Shown: positions 10,011 to 19,155 of the stretch, piece after piece | How positions within the stretch are numbered: position 1 is the stretch's first letter | How the letters are laid out: each line of letters begins with the position of its first letter | Virus record (IMG/VR): IMGVR_UViG_3300016476_001350 | Location: 1 to 30,918 of that record | DNA from: a virus | Lineage: Duplodnaviria > Caudoviricetes | Length of the DNA: 30,918 bases | Strand: one strand, 5' to 3' | The notes under the pieces: generated by a model | What the model saw: only the letters and a program-made list of their open reading frames with translations | Databases searched by the model: none | What the model was told of the DNA's origin: nothing | Program-made: the position numbers and the translations under genes

Positions 10011-11663
10011 TTAATTTGCAGCCATAATTACCCAGTTTGTGCCATCACTAACAAGCGTTGCCCACTTACCAACTATGTTTGTAAGTATCGCAGTACCTGG
10101 TGTTGCGCTATCGATTGGTGCAACGTTAGAGCTTGCACTTACCAAAGTTTGAGCTTGCAATGTTTTGAATGTTACTTGGCGACCTGTATTTGTTGATGCG
10201 CTTGGTAAAGTAACTGTACAGCTTGATCCACTTTTATTAACAGTAACAAAATTTTCGCCGTCAGCTAACGTAAAATCTGTTGTCTTAGTTACTGGTGCAG
10301 TAGTTGCAAAATTATTGTTTACCTTTGTAGTTGCAGTAGTAACTTGTAATTGCGTAACCCCGTTAATGTTTACATTTGCTACTTCAAAAGTATCATCTAC
10401 TGTAATAGTAGTGTTAACATCACCAATAGTATCTAAACTTAATTCAGTACCTAAAGTAACATATCTAATATCAATTCTATCACCTGCAGCAGGTGCTTCA
10501 GTAAAAGTTAAAATAGTTCCACTTATACCATAAGCTAAACCAGGAGATTGCATAACACCGTTTAATGTTATAATTGCGCCGTCACTAGAAGTTGCTTGCG
10601 TTAAAGTAAAGACTGCGGTACTACCATCACCATTAAATGCTTCTGAAATACTGTAAATGACATCAACTGTTAATGTATTCCAATCAGTCCCCGTGTAATA
10701 CTCTAAAAGTTTTAATTCGTTGTTATATCTAAAATCTCCTTCAACAGGAGTAGGACGTTGACTTGTATCCCCTACAGGTAAACGTATAGAATTAGTAGCT
10801 TCAAATACAACTCTGTTTGTTCCAGTTGATGTAATATTAATATTACCACTTGTTGCACTAATTGTATTATTAGAAATAGTGATGTTACCAATCTGTAATG
10901 TAGTACCATCGAATTGAAGATCATCATCAGTTAATAGTTCTTTATTTGACCCAGTATATACTACTCTATTAGAAGTAGCTGTATCTAATAAAACATTACC
11001 TGTCCCGTTTGGGTTTAAATTAATATTTCCATTAGTTGCATCTGAACTTAATGTAGCAACATTCATTGTTGTTATAGTAGCTGTACCCAACAAAACTAAG
11101 TTTGATCCATCAAACGAAAAATCAGAAGTAGTTGTTATTTCATTACTTGGTCCAGAATAAAATACTCTGTTAGCAGCTATAGTGTTTGTATCAACAATAA
11201 CTTTACCAGATCCATTTGGATCTAAAACAATATCGCCATTGGTGTTTACAGATGTTAAGGTGTTTCCAGTTACACTTAAATTACCTAATCCTAAACTACC
11301 TACACTAAGTGTAGTTCCATCAAATGTTAAATTGGGACTATCAATTAATGTACCGCCTGGACCTACTAATAATACTCGAGTATCTGTTAGATAAGGTATG
11401 GCAACTTTACCTGTTCCGTGCGGTTGTAGTGTAATATTTCCATTACTTGCGTAAGTGGCAATATTGCTTCCATTTATTTGTAAGTTAGAACTAAAACGTG
11501 TTATACCGTTAATGTCTAATGCCACGTTTGGTGTAGCTGTGTTAACACCAATACGCATGTTGTTTACATCTAAATAAAGTAGATTTGTCTCAAAACTGAG
11601 GTCAACGCCTTGCCTTATTAAGTTCTCTCTGAGCATAGGTCCACCTATGCGGCCAATAGTCAT
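10011..11663 (-). CDS. Fibre/structural protein (550 aa) sharing repeat units and modules with the 1439-aa protein
   Basis: Three degenerate copies of the (L/F).FDG repeat, a PVGDTSQRP..FRYN module and an FNGDGST..FTL..NGVMQ.PG.AY module. GGAGG RBS upstream. Confidence 0.7.
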   Translation of the reverse strand: MTIGRIGGPMLRENLIRQGVDLSFETNLLYLDVNNMRIGVNTATPNVALDINGITRFSSNLQINGSNIATYASNGNITLQPHGTGKVAIPYLTDTRVLLVGPGGTLIDSPNLTFDGTTLSVGSLGLGNLSVTGNTLTSVNTNGDIVLDPNGSGKVIVDTNTIAANRVFYSGPSNEITTTSDFSFDGSNLVLLGTATITTMNVATLSSDATNGNINLNPNGTGNVLLDTATSNRVVYTGSNKELLTDDDLQFDGTTLQIGNITISNNTISATSGNINITSTGTNRVVFEATNSIRLPVGDTSQRPTPVEGDFRYNNELKLLEYYTGTDWNTLTVDVIYSISEAFNGDGSTAVFTLTQATSSDGAIITLNGVMQSPGLAYGISGTILTFTEAPAAGDRIDIRYVTLGTELSLDTIGDVNTTITVDDTFEVANVNINGVTQLQVTTATTKVNNNFATTAPVTKTTDFTLADGENFVTVNKSGSSCTVTLPSASTNTGRQVTFKTLQAQTLVSASSNVAPIDSATPGTAILTNIVGKWATLVSDGTNWVIMAAN

Positions 11664-11728
11664 GTCGCGACCTCCAACAATTCACCCAATGCATCGTGGG
11701 TGAGCCCCGGTTTGATATAATATTTATT
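11664..11728 (-). promoter_or_regulatory. Late promoter (AATAAATA) plus GC-rich structured 5' leader
   Basis: TAAATA at 11721-11726, hairpin TCACCCA-8nt-TGGGTGA, GGAGG, then palindrome GTCGCGAC abutting the ATG. Confidence 0.55.
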
Positions 11729-12140
11729 AGCGGTCAGTAGAATCAAATCCGTGGTAAACTTCAATAGTTTGTCCAAGATTTGGTGGAGAACTAAATTGTA
11801 GTGTACTTGTACTAACAGTGTAAGCAACGCCAGGATTTTGATGTACGTTGCCTACATAAACCTGTATCCCATTTGCATCGGCTGGAGTTTGAGACAAGGT
11901 AAAATTTTGCGTACCTCCATCACCTGTAAATGTATCTTTTGCTATTGTTATTTTTCCCCTGCTTGTTGGGTTAATCCAACTACCGCTTTGATATAATTCA
12001 AATCTACTAGTATCAGTGTTATATCTAAACGTACCGTTTACTGCAACGCTTGGTCTTTGACTAGTTGTACCGGTAGGAATAACGACACCAGTTGGTTTAT
12101 AGGTTCTAGCTATTTTTGGATATTTTATACTTCTACCCAC
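11727..12140 (-). CDS. Small virion structural protein (PxGTTxQRP module + Ig-like FxGDG module)
   Basis: PTGTTSQRP..GTFRYNTD and FTGDGGTQNFTL..VYVGNVHQNPG.AY, the same modules as in the two larger fibre genes. GTG start with GGAG upstream. Confidence 0.65.
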   Translation of the reverse strand: MGRSIKYPKIARTYKPTGVVIPTGTTSQRPSVAVNGTFRYNTDTSRFELYQSGSWINPTSRGKITIAKDTFTGDGGTQNFTLSQTPADANGIQVYVGNVHQNPGVAYTVSTSTLQFSSPPNLGQTIEVYHGFDSTDR

Positions 12141-12141
12141 T

Positions 12142-12450
12142 TTATACTCCTATATAACTTACTGTCATTGTTATGCTAGAAACTGCACTAGCTAAAGCTT
12201 GTACACTATCGCCATTTCCTAATATTAATCTTTCAGTATCTATTATGTAAGTGTCGCCTGCGGCTATTGGAACATCTTTATAAATTATGTTCACATTAGT
12301 AGCAAATGAACCAGATTGAACTAGATATATTGTAACAGTTCTATCACTCGCACTGTAATTACACAAGTACATAGTACTAATAGCTGTATTGCCAGTACTA
12401 GTATAAACTGCACTTGCACTTGTTGTTAGTGTTGTTTGACTTAACGCCAT
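12142..12450 (-). CDS. Small beta-rich virion protein
   Basis: 102 aa within the late structural run. Similar to 3699-4037. Confidence 0.6.
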   Translation of the reverse strand: MALSQTTLTTSASAVYTSTGNTAISTMYLCNYSASDRTVTIYLVQSGSFATNVNIIYKDVPIAAGDTYIIDTERLILGNGDSVQALASAVSSITMTVSYIGV

Positions 12451-12461
12451 TTAAAATTTCC

Positions 12462-13181
12462 TTAAAATATTAATCCAAATAATATTGCTTTTTGCCTACT
12501 CACTAATTCCCCTGTTGCACTAGTGTTTGTAAAATATATACCAGTGCCTGCATTGCCGGGAGTTTTTGCGTATATTACATTATTTCCTGCTACGGAGTCT
12601 GGATCAACTGTGGTGTTTTCAAACATTGCAGGGCTTTTAAAATACAATACACCAGCACCATTTGCTAATAATTCTAAGTTAGAATCTGCTTGTGTTACAC
12701 CAATTGCAGAACCAGTAAGATACATATTTTGTCCTACTATTACAGCAGATCCGTTCCAAACTAATTGATCGCTACCACCAAATACTCCATTATTAAACTG
12801 AATTGAAGTTAAAATCCCGCCTGGAGCACCTGCAACAATACCTGCATCAACATAACTTTTAGTTACTAAATCGCTAGCATTTAAAGGATCAGCAGCTCTA
12901 ATATTTCCATATGCGCTACCAATTTTTATTTCCCATACGTCCAATGCTTCGTTAAAAACAAAAGTTGAATTATCTAGTGATCCCCTATCTACTTCAATTC
13001 CTGAAGTTCCTCTAGTAACTCCAGATCCAATTTCCCCGTTGTTTAAAATAATTGTGTTATCTTCAATGGTACTGTTAACTGAAGAAACAGTTGCAGTTGA
13101 ACCTAATACAGTTAAATTGCCATCAAGTATAATACTTGGTGCAGAGATTTTATATTGATCGCTTACTCTTTTTGTTTCCAT
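12462..13181 (-). CDS. Virion structural protein
   Basis: GNLTVLGS..TIEDNTIILN.GE.G.G...SGIEVDRG module also present in the 1439-aa protein. CATAAATA at 13189-13196 just upstream. Confidence 0.65.
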   Translation of the reverse strand: METKRVSDQYKISAPSIILDGNLTVLGSTATVSSVNSTIEDNTIILNNGEIGSGVTRGTSGIEVDRGSLDNSTFVFNEALDVWEIKIGSAYGNIRAADPLNASDLVTKSYVDAGIVAGAPGGILTSIQFNNGVFGGSDQLVWNGSAVIVGQNMYLTGSAIGVTQADSNLELLANGAGVLYFKSPAMFENTTVDPDSVAGNNVIYAKTPGNAGTGIYFTNTSATGELVSRQKAILFGLIF

Positions 13182-13759
13182 GACGAATTATTTATGCTAC
13201 GTTTAAATTCCTCATAATCAATTTCTGTATAATTTGCTATTGATTTCCATTCGTTAGGAGTAAAGCTATTGTTATCCACGCATCTAATAAATTTAGATGT
13301 TGGAAATTGATCCCTCATAATGGTTTGAAATTGATTAATCCAATTCCCATAATAAATTTCTTTTTCAGTGATGGGTCGATAATTTGGGGTACCAGCATAA
13401 ACATTGTTTATCTTTCCTTCGTTGCCAACTAAATCAAACCCTATCAAATAAATTACTTTATGTTTATTTCTTCCAGCTAATGAAACTGCAATAGGGCCGC
13501 TTGAAAAGCCATAATTTATATCAATTTTTTTAGCAAATTTATTTGGTGTTGGATTTCTAGTCCAAAATTCATTTTTTTCTGCGTAATTTGAATTTTCAAT
13601 TTCTGTTGCCATTGGTCTATCAGTTGCAACTAATACGTCAGGTGTAAAATCCCTATACAGAGCATTGCATCCGTATATTTTACCGTGAGGTTTTAATAAT
13701 TTTAAATCAAGTTGCAATCTTGATTTACCATTGCCTAAAACAAATGCTATATTATTCAT
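13163..13759 (-). CDS. Maf/DUF115-like (sialyltransferase-like fold) putative glycosyltransferase
   Basis: AFVLGNGKS, IYGCNALY, PDVLVATD, SSGPIA and IYLIGFD motifs match the Maf/CstII-like pattern. Confidence 0.55.
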   Translation of the reverse strand: MNNIAFVLGNGKSRLQLDLKLLKPHGKIYGCNALYRDFTPDVLVATDRPMATEIENSNYAEKNEFWTRNPTPNKFAKKIDINYGFSSGPIAVSLAGRNKHKVIYLIGFDLVGNEGKINNVYAGTPNYRPITEKEIYYGNWINQFQTIMRDQFPTSKFIRCVDNNSFTPNEWKSIANYTEIDYEEFKRSINNSSWKQKE

Positions 13760-13763
13760 AATA

Positions 13764-13794
13764 TAAACCGCGTGTCATTATAACACGCGGTTTA
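13764..13794 (-). terminator. Probable intrinsic terminator after the 13813-14220 gene
   Basis: Perfect 12-bp inverted repeat TAAACCGCGTGT-7nt-ACACGCGGTTTA with a weak U tract. Confidence 0.6.
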
Positions 13795-13812
13795 ATAATT
13801 TTTAAAATTAAA

Positions 13813-14220
13813 TTAAGCTCTAGCAACAGCAACAGTATCTGGATTAGTTGCAACTGTAGCAGTTGAACCAACTAGATACTTGTTATCACTAAAGTCCCAT
13901 ACATACTTGTTATTGATGCGCTTTGCACGGAATGTTGATGAATTTGGAAGTGTGCAAGTAATTGACATTTCATTAGCACCTAAAGAACCGTTAGCCTTAT
14001 CAACTAGTGTACAAATTCCAGTATTAGTTCCATCAGTTACTTTAAACTTACGTGAACCTTTAGCTGCAAGTATACTACCGTTAGCATTTGCATTTGAGCC
14101 AATCTTAACACGTGGTTGAATTTGATTACCAGTTAATGATGTGAGACCACCTGTTAGACCTGTGCTGATACCATAAGTACCAACGTCTGCTGTAATTTTT
14201 TGTACTTTAAACTTTGCCAT
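13813..14220 (-). CDS. Putative virion protein (135 aa; start reassigned to MAKFKVQK)
   Basis: Strong AAGGAG RBS 7 nt before the ATG at 14220. The ORF-track extension to 14253 runs through the structured leader. Has its own promoter and terminator. Confidence 0.65.
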   Translation of the reverse strand: MAKFKVQKITADVGTYGISTGLTGGLTSLTGNQIQPRVKIGSNANANGSILAAKGSRKFKVTDGTNTGICTLVDKANGSLGANEMSITCTLPNSSTFRAKRINNKYVWDFSDNKYLVGSTATVATNPDTVAVARA

Positions 14221-14297
14221 TTTATTTCTCCTTTTGGGACGTTCTAGGTCCACCCGGCGGCTAAACCGAGAATCACAATTGTGATGAAGTATTTATG
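14221..14297 (-). promoter_or_regulatory. Late promoter (CATAAATA) plus structured GC-rich 5' leader
   Basis: TAAATA at 14290-14295, perfect palindrome ATCACAATTGTGAT at 14272-14285, and stems CUCGG/CCGGG and GGAC/GUCC before the RBS. Confidence 0.55.
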
Positions 14298-15096
14298 GGA
14301 TTATTGCAAATTTTAAAACAGAATTTTTCCATTCTGTAACATAGTTAATTGGTACACCTATATTTGAAAGTATTTCGCTAGTTTCTTTTATTTTGTGGAT
14401 ATCCCTTAATCTATGATGTTGGAAAGTTGGAAATTCTCGATCTTTTGTAAAATAAAATTTTTCATTTATATTTTGTTTTAAAATATATTTTTTATAATAA
14501 AACCAATCCATATATTCAGTGCCTAAAAAGTCGTCCCAGTCCTCTAATTTTCCAAAATTTTTAATAAGATAATTATAAAGTTCTTTTACTTCACTATTTT
14601 TCCAAATCCACGGACTTAAAGGGTGTGGATGAATATCATTTATATCTATAGGAAAAAAAGGTCGAGAATACTCAACAAATGCTTTACATTCATCTGCAAT
14701 TTCTATTATCTTAATTTTGTTTTCGTAGAAAAAATCCTCAAATTTAAAAAAATCATAAACAAAATCTTTACAATCGAATACAATAGTATATTCAGTTTTA
14801 TGATTTGCTGAAAAAATAACTTTATCAAGTTGCTGCTCAGACCAACCAACTAAGTTAGGACTATCTACTCCTAGCTTAATTTCATAATCCCAATCTATTA
14901 AAATTTCTTCTGCACAATTTTTAATAAAGTTTAATACTTTATCTTCTTCTACTTCTCTATAATGTTTGTTTAATTTTAGATTATATACTATTGTAATAGA
15001 TCTATCGCTTTTCCAAAATTGATTTAATAAAAATAAACAAATTTTTAAATTTGGAAGATCACAGTAAAACGTTACGATCAACAATCTATATGTCAT
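14293..15096 (-). CDS. Hypothetical protein, DUF6492-like/possible GT-A glycosyltransferase
   Basis: GWSEQQLDK followed by YTIVFDCKD (DxD-like). Visibly more AT-rich than its flanks. TTAAATA lies 5 nt before the ATG. Confidence 0.45.
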   Translation of the reverse strand: MTYRLLIVTFYCDLPNLKICLFLLNQFWKSDRSITIVYNLKLNKHYREVEEDKVLNFIKNCAEEILIDWDYEIKLGVDSPNLVGWSEQQLDKVIFSANHKTEYTIVFDCKDFVYDFFKFEDFFYENKIKIIEIADECKAFVEYSRPFFPIDINDIHPHPLSPWIWKNSEVKELYNYLIKNFGKLEDWDDFLGTEYMDWFYYKKYILKQNINEKFYFTKDREFPTFQHHRLRDIHKIKETSEILSNIGVPINYVTEWKNSVLKFAIIP

Positions 15097-15113
15097 ACTG
15101 ATATTTAATTCAT

Positions 15114-15143
15114 AAAAAAAAAAGGACAGTTTCCTGTCCTTTT
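15114..15143 (-). terminator. Intrinsic terminator after the major capsid gene
   Basis: Minus strand AAAAGGACAG-GAAA-CTGTCC followed by 10 T. Confidence 0.9.
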
Positions 15144-15166
15144 CTTGGAGTATATTTTCTCAAATA

Positions 15167-16366
15167 TTATGAGAATGTTACGTTTGAAATAGCTACTTCA
15201 CCCAAGTAGTCACCGGCGTTACCGAGGCTGCTTGCAGTGTTAGTAAGTTCAGTGTAAGCATAACGTGTCATAAATCCAACTACTGGTTCGAATGTTGATG
15301 GATTAAGAACAACACCTGAACTCATTAGAGGAATGTATGGGCAGTAGAATGCAGCAGCGTCAGCTTCGCTTGAACCCTTGTAACCAACTAGAACTGCTGT
15401 ATCGTCAGCAGCGTAGCTGTCAACGTATACACGCATAGCACCGTTAAGAGTACCAACAAACTTAGTGTTAGTTGGAGCTTCAAAAGTACCTTCAGTTGTA
15501 CGAGCGAAAGCAGAAGTTGTTGCGCTCTGGAGAATTGTAAGAGCCTGTGGACTTACAACTGCCCAGTTACCAGCACCACGACGTGTGCGGCTAGCAATCT
15601 TGTTTGCTACGCGGTTTACGAGAACTGCAAGAGCAGCGTGCTCGTCACCAACGAATGTAGCTGTACCGCTTACTGAAGCCTGGTTGAAAGTCTCTTCAGT
15701 TGCAGCTAGAGCGCGTAGGCTGTATAGGATTTCCTGGTCAATTTCAGCAGTGATTTCCTGAGCAAGAGCAGCCATAATTTCTGCTTCGATGTCAAGACCA
15801 TGCATAGCCTGTGCGTCCTGAGCAGCTTCGAATGTCCAGCTTGCGCTGAGCTTACGAGTCTTGGCTTCTACAGCCTGCTTTAGGATCTGTACAGACATCT
15901 TACGACCTGGAACACCTTCCATAGAAGCTGTTGAACCAGCCTTGTCGTCTGTGCTGTTTACACCTGATGGTGTACCTGAGTAGCCTTGAGCAATCTTGAA
16001 TGGGCTGAGTGCTTCATCACCAGCTACAGTGTCAGTGCCTAGTGGGCTTGAAGCTGAGCTTGTGAAGTTCTCTGCGTAACGAACGCGGAGTGTATGAATC
16101 TGACCAACTGGTCCTGTCATTGGCTGTACACCAACGATTTCGTTGGCGATAACAGTTGGCATAACACGACGGATTACTGGAAGAATCACACGGTTTAGAG
16201 TGGCGATGTTGCCTGCGGCAGTTACGCCAGCGGATGCGCTTTCTGCGAGATACTTCTTTGTGTTCTCGAGAACGACACCCATTGAGCTGCGACGATTACC
16301 AGCAAGACCTTCAAGTAGGGCTTCCTTGGTTTCGTTCCAACGGCTCTCAATTAGGTTCTGAGTCAT
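15167..16366 (-). CDS. gp23: Major capsid protein (T4 gp23 family)
   Basis: RRVMPTVIANEIVGVQPMTGPVG, VEAKTRKLSA.WT.EAAQD..A.HG.D, AAFYCPYIPL, F.PVVGFMTRY. Candidate gp21 cleavage site LAE42/S. Confidence 0.97.
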   Translation of the reverse strand: MTQNLIESRWNETKEALLEGLAGNRRSSMGVVLENTKKYLAESASAGVTAAGNIATLNRVILPVIRRVMPTVIANEIVGVQPMTGPVGQIHTLRVRYAENFTSSASSPLGTDTVAGDEALSPFKIAQGYSGTPSGVNSTDDKAGSTASMEGVPGRKMSVQILKQAVEAKTRKLSASWTFEAAQDAQAMHGLDIEAEIMAALAQEITAEIDQEILYSLRALAATEETFNQASVSGTATFVGDEHAALAVLVNRVANKIASRTRRGAGNWAVVSPQALTILQSATTSAFARTTEGTFEAPTNTKFVGTLNGAMRVYVDSYAADDTAVLVGYKGSSEADAAAFYCPYIPLMSSGVVLNPSTFEPVVGFMTRYAYTELTNTASSLGNAGDYLGEVAISNVTFS

Positions 16367-16384
16367 TGTTTACTTTTCCTTAAA

Positions 16385-17476
16385 TTACTTAAGTCCTGCC
16401 AAACGTCTCATCTCAGTAATATCTACTACGCTGAGATCTTGTGCTTTGGCATTACGATCACCTGTTACTTCTTTAACAGATTCATTGACGATCTTACGAT
16501 CAGTTCTTACACCAGTGCCATTCATTACAGCAGGTAAGTACTTTTGAAAAGCACCTTCTAACTTATCTGTATTGATTGATTCTAGTAAGCTTGCCATTAC
16601 AGCGGCTTTGTCAGCAGCTAGTGGCTTTAGCATTTCATTGAGTTTATCTTTTCTATTAATTGAATCTTTGATAATTGCAATTTCGCGGTCCTTAGACTCT
16701 ACTAAAGAAGTTGTTTGTTCAACTACCTTAGTTGCTTCCTCAAGCTTTGTTGCCATTGCAGCAACGTCATTCTTAAGTTTGCGAATTTCAGCATGTTCAT
16801 TGAGGTGTGTGGCTGAGAATTCACTAGCAAATGCCTCGAATAGACGACGACCAAAATTGTTCTCACGAGCAATCTTAATGTCTTCCTTGAGTTGAGTCAT
16901 TTCGGCTCTTACTGTAGTGGTAACAGCTTCCTTAACCATTGAAGAAGCACGGCGTACAAATTGTGCTTGTAGCGCCTCTAGCTTTTCTTTGGATTCAGCT
17001 ACCAGCTTAACCTTAGTGTTAATGAGGTCTTTCTTGTCCTCCGCAAATTCTGTAAGTTCTTCAGCAAGTGCTCTAACAACAAACTTTTCAAGCTTGGCTA
17101 GTCCTTCCTGTAACTTTTTGCGGTCTGCAACAAATTCAGCAATTTCCTTCTTTAGATTTTCACCTAGGAAAGCGTCAAACTTATTGGCCTTGTTCTTCAT
17201 TTCCATGACGAACTGGGCTCTATCTGCGACCAACTGGGCTCTTTCTTCTGAAAGCTTCTTAACTTCCTCTGAAAGAGTTTCTGTAACCATTTTATCAAGA
17301 GCTTCGACCATCACAGCCTTATCGTGTTCGTAACGGTTAGCGAACTCACTGCGTAGTTCACCTGCAATTTCCTGACGAGCCTCATTTAGTTTTGCGTCCC
17401 AGGCCTCTTGGATCTGGTTCTTAGACTCTTCATTCAATATGCCGCTATCGAACAAGCCTTTGATAGCATCGAGCAT
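16385..17476 (-). CDS. gp22: Prohead core scaffold protein (gp22-like)
   Basis: Helical coiled-coil E/K/A-rich protein with GRRLFEAF motif, located between the protease and capsid genes as in T4-like phages. Confidence 0.8.
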   Translation of the reverse strand: MLDAIKGLFDSGILNEESKNQIQEAWDAKLNEARQEIAGELRSEFANRYEHDKAVMVEALDKMVTETLSEEVKKLSEERAQLVADRAQFVMEMKNKANKFDAFLGENLKKEIAEFVADRKKLQEGLAKLEKFVVRALAEELTEFAEDKKDLINTKVKLVAESKEKLEALQAQFVRRASSMVKEAVTTTVRAEMTQLKEDIKIARENNFGRRLFEAFASEFSATHLNEHAEIRKLKNDVAAMATKLEEATKVVEQTTSLVESKDREIAIIKDSINRKDKLNEMLKPLAADKAAVMASLLESINTDKLEGAFQKYLPAVMNGTGVRTDRKIVNESVKEVTGDRNAKAQDLSVVDITEMRRLAGLK

Positions 17477-17489
17477 CTTATTCTCCTGA

Positions 17490-18116
17490 TTAGATTTTCA
17501 GTTCATTGATGAGGCGTTTTACAGCCTCTGTTACGTGCTTACGCACTTTTGGATCTGTTTCCATTTCGCCAGCCATAGATAAAATCTTATGACCACCGTA
17601 CATATTCATTAGCGATTCATAAACCGCTGTTGGATATGCATTTGGAGCAGAGGGTTGAGCAACAATGTCAACTGTTACAATTTCAAAATCGCTAACATGA
17701 CCTGTTCCTTCACTTACATTACCGCTACCGCGGCTGCTAACCCCAAGTTTGACTCCTGCATCTAACATAGCACGAATTAAGTTACCCATTGGGGTTGGCA
17801 AAATCTTTAGCTTACCACAACCAGCAGCACCATCCATCCACATTGTCTCGATCATGTGACTTACACGATCTAAATTAATACGCAAGTTAGTTGGGTGATC
17901 TACCTCACCCAACACACTATAACCTGACTTTATTTGTTCATTAATAGTACTAACTGCACGTCTAATTTCTGATTCTGGATAAATGCGCTCGTTAAAGTTC
18001 CTCTTGTTTCCTTCGATAAAAATACCTTTCATATAGAGGTTTTTACCATCTTCACTGGACTCAGTTACCATCTTTGCTTGATCGTAACTTAGATTCTCTA
18101 TGAGTAAAGGTTTCAT
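17490..18116 (-). CDS. gp21: Prohead protease (gp21, peptidase S77/U9)
   Basis: LYMKGIF..N.N.RIYP, LGEVDHP, LDRVSH, TPMG, LGVSSRGSG, DIVAQPSAPNA. Confidence 0.95.
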   Translation of the reverse strand: MKPLLIENLSYDQAKMVTESSEDGKNLYMKGIFIEGNKRNFNERIYPESEIRRAVSTINEQIKSGYSVLGEVDHPTNLRINLDRVSHMIETMWMDGAAGCGKLKILPTPMGNLIRAMLDAGVKLGVSSRGSGNVSEGTGHVSDFEIVTVDIVAQPSAPNAYPTAVYESLMNMYGGHKILSMAGEMETDPKVRKHVTEAVKRLINELKI

Positions 18117-18130
18117 CTTAGTTCCCTATC

Positions 18131-19021
18131 TTACATCTTCTTTAGGATGCTCTTGTCGTTTACGCCACCAGCTTCACTAGTCTTTGCACCGCTTTCCTTC
18201 TTGTTATAGAAGTCGCTTGCGCCCTTGTTTCCGCCTGGTTGATTAACACTACGTCTTGCTACTTCAATTTCGCCTTGACCTTTAGTGTAAGCATTGTTTG
18301 GCTTCTTGTAAGCTGTGTTGCCGTCTGGAGCAGATTCAGCGCCACCTTGTACTAAATTCTTTACAGTGCCGCCCATGTCGTTCTTCATGTTGTCAACAAT
18401 GCTCTTGCTGTTTACACTTGGCTTGTCACTAGAACCAGTTCCAACTGTTTGACCTTCGTTGTTTGCTGGATGCTTTACTTTTTCAACATATTCACGAACC
18501 ATACCTTCTTTTGGCATACCCATGTTGTCGCCGCCCATGTCTCCCATGTCGTCACCACCCATGTCCATATCCATACCAGCATGTTCTTCTTCGCCAGCTT
18601 CCTGACTCATTAACTGGTCAAATTCTGCCTTAAGTTCATCAAGGGCAGCTTCTAGATCAACAACACGATCTTCTAGTTCATCTTCGCCAGCTTCATTGCC
18701 CATGTCTCCAGCTTCGTCATCCATGCCCATTTCATCACCAAGCTCATCACCTGCGTCATCCATGCTCATGCCTTCTTCGTCGGCTTCAACATCGTCGATC
18801 ATATCGTCACTTGGATCACCACCGGCTTCACCAAATGCAGCTTCGTCAACTTTTTCTTCTTCGTCTTCTTTTTCTTCTTCTTCGTGCTCGTCTTCAGCAG
18901 CCATTTCGTTATAAATCTGGCGGCTTGTTTGAACTACGATATCGTGGAGCAACTCACGAGCTGCTTCTTCTTCGTCATTAATAATGTGCTCTATGAGAGC
19001 TTCAAATTGAGTCTTAGCCAT
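18131..19021 (-). CDS. Acidic low-complexity prohead core/internal protein (positional gp67-like); start reassigned to MAKTQ
   Basis: D/E/M/G-rich N-terminal half and N/K/G-rich C-terminal half. AAGGAG is 1 nt from the ATG at 19030 but 10 nt from the ATG at 19021. TTAAATA at 19056-19062. Confidence 0.6.
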   Translation of the reverse strand: MAKTQFEALIEHIINDEEEAARELLHDIVVQTSRQIYNEMAAEDEHEEEEKEDEEEKVDEAAFGEAGGDPSDDMIDDVEADEEGMSMDDAGDELGDEMGMDDEAGDMGNEAGEDELEDRVVDLEAALDELKAEFDQLMSQEAGEEEHAGMDMDMGGDDMGDMGGDNMGMPKEGMVREYVEKVKHPANNEGQTVGTGSSDKPSVNSKSIVDNMKNDMGGTVKNLVQGGAESAPDGNTAYKKPNNAYTKGQGEIEVARRSVNQPGGNKGASDFYNKKESGAKTSEAGGVNDKSILKKM

Positions 19022-19155
19022 GGCAAACATACTCCTTATCCATTGGATCTGCTAGTATTTAATGAATAAGAAGAAATCTACCCTGAAATAGGTAAATTTT
19101 GATCAATTTTGCTGTGTCAAGCTACTTATAATTTTGTTTTAACAATAAACAGCTA

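Noticed and set aside
19074-19099. Imperfect inverted repeat AAATCTACC/GGTAAATTT upstream of the core-protein promoter
   Set aside because: Weak AT-rich stem with a mismatch. It could be a terminator or operator but cannot be supported from the sequence alone.
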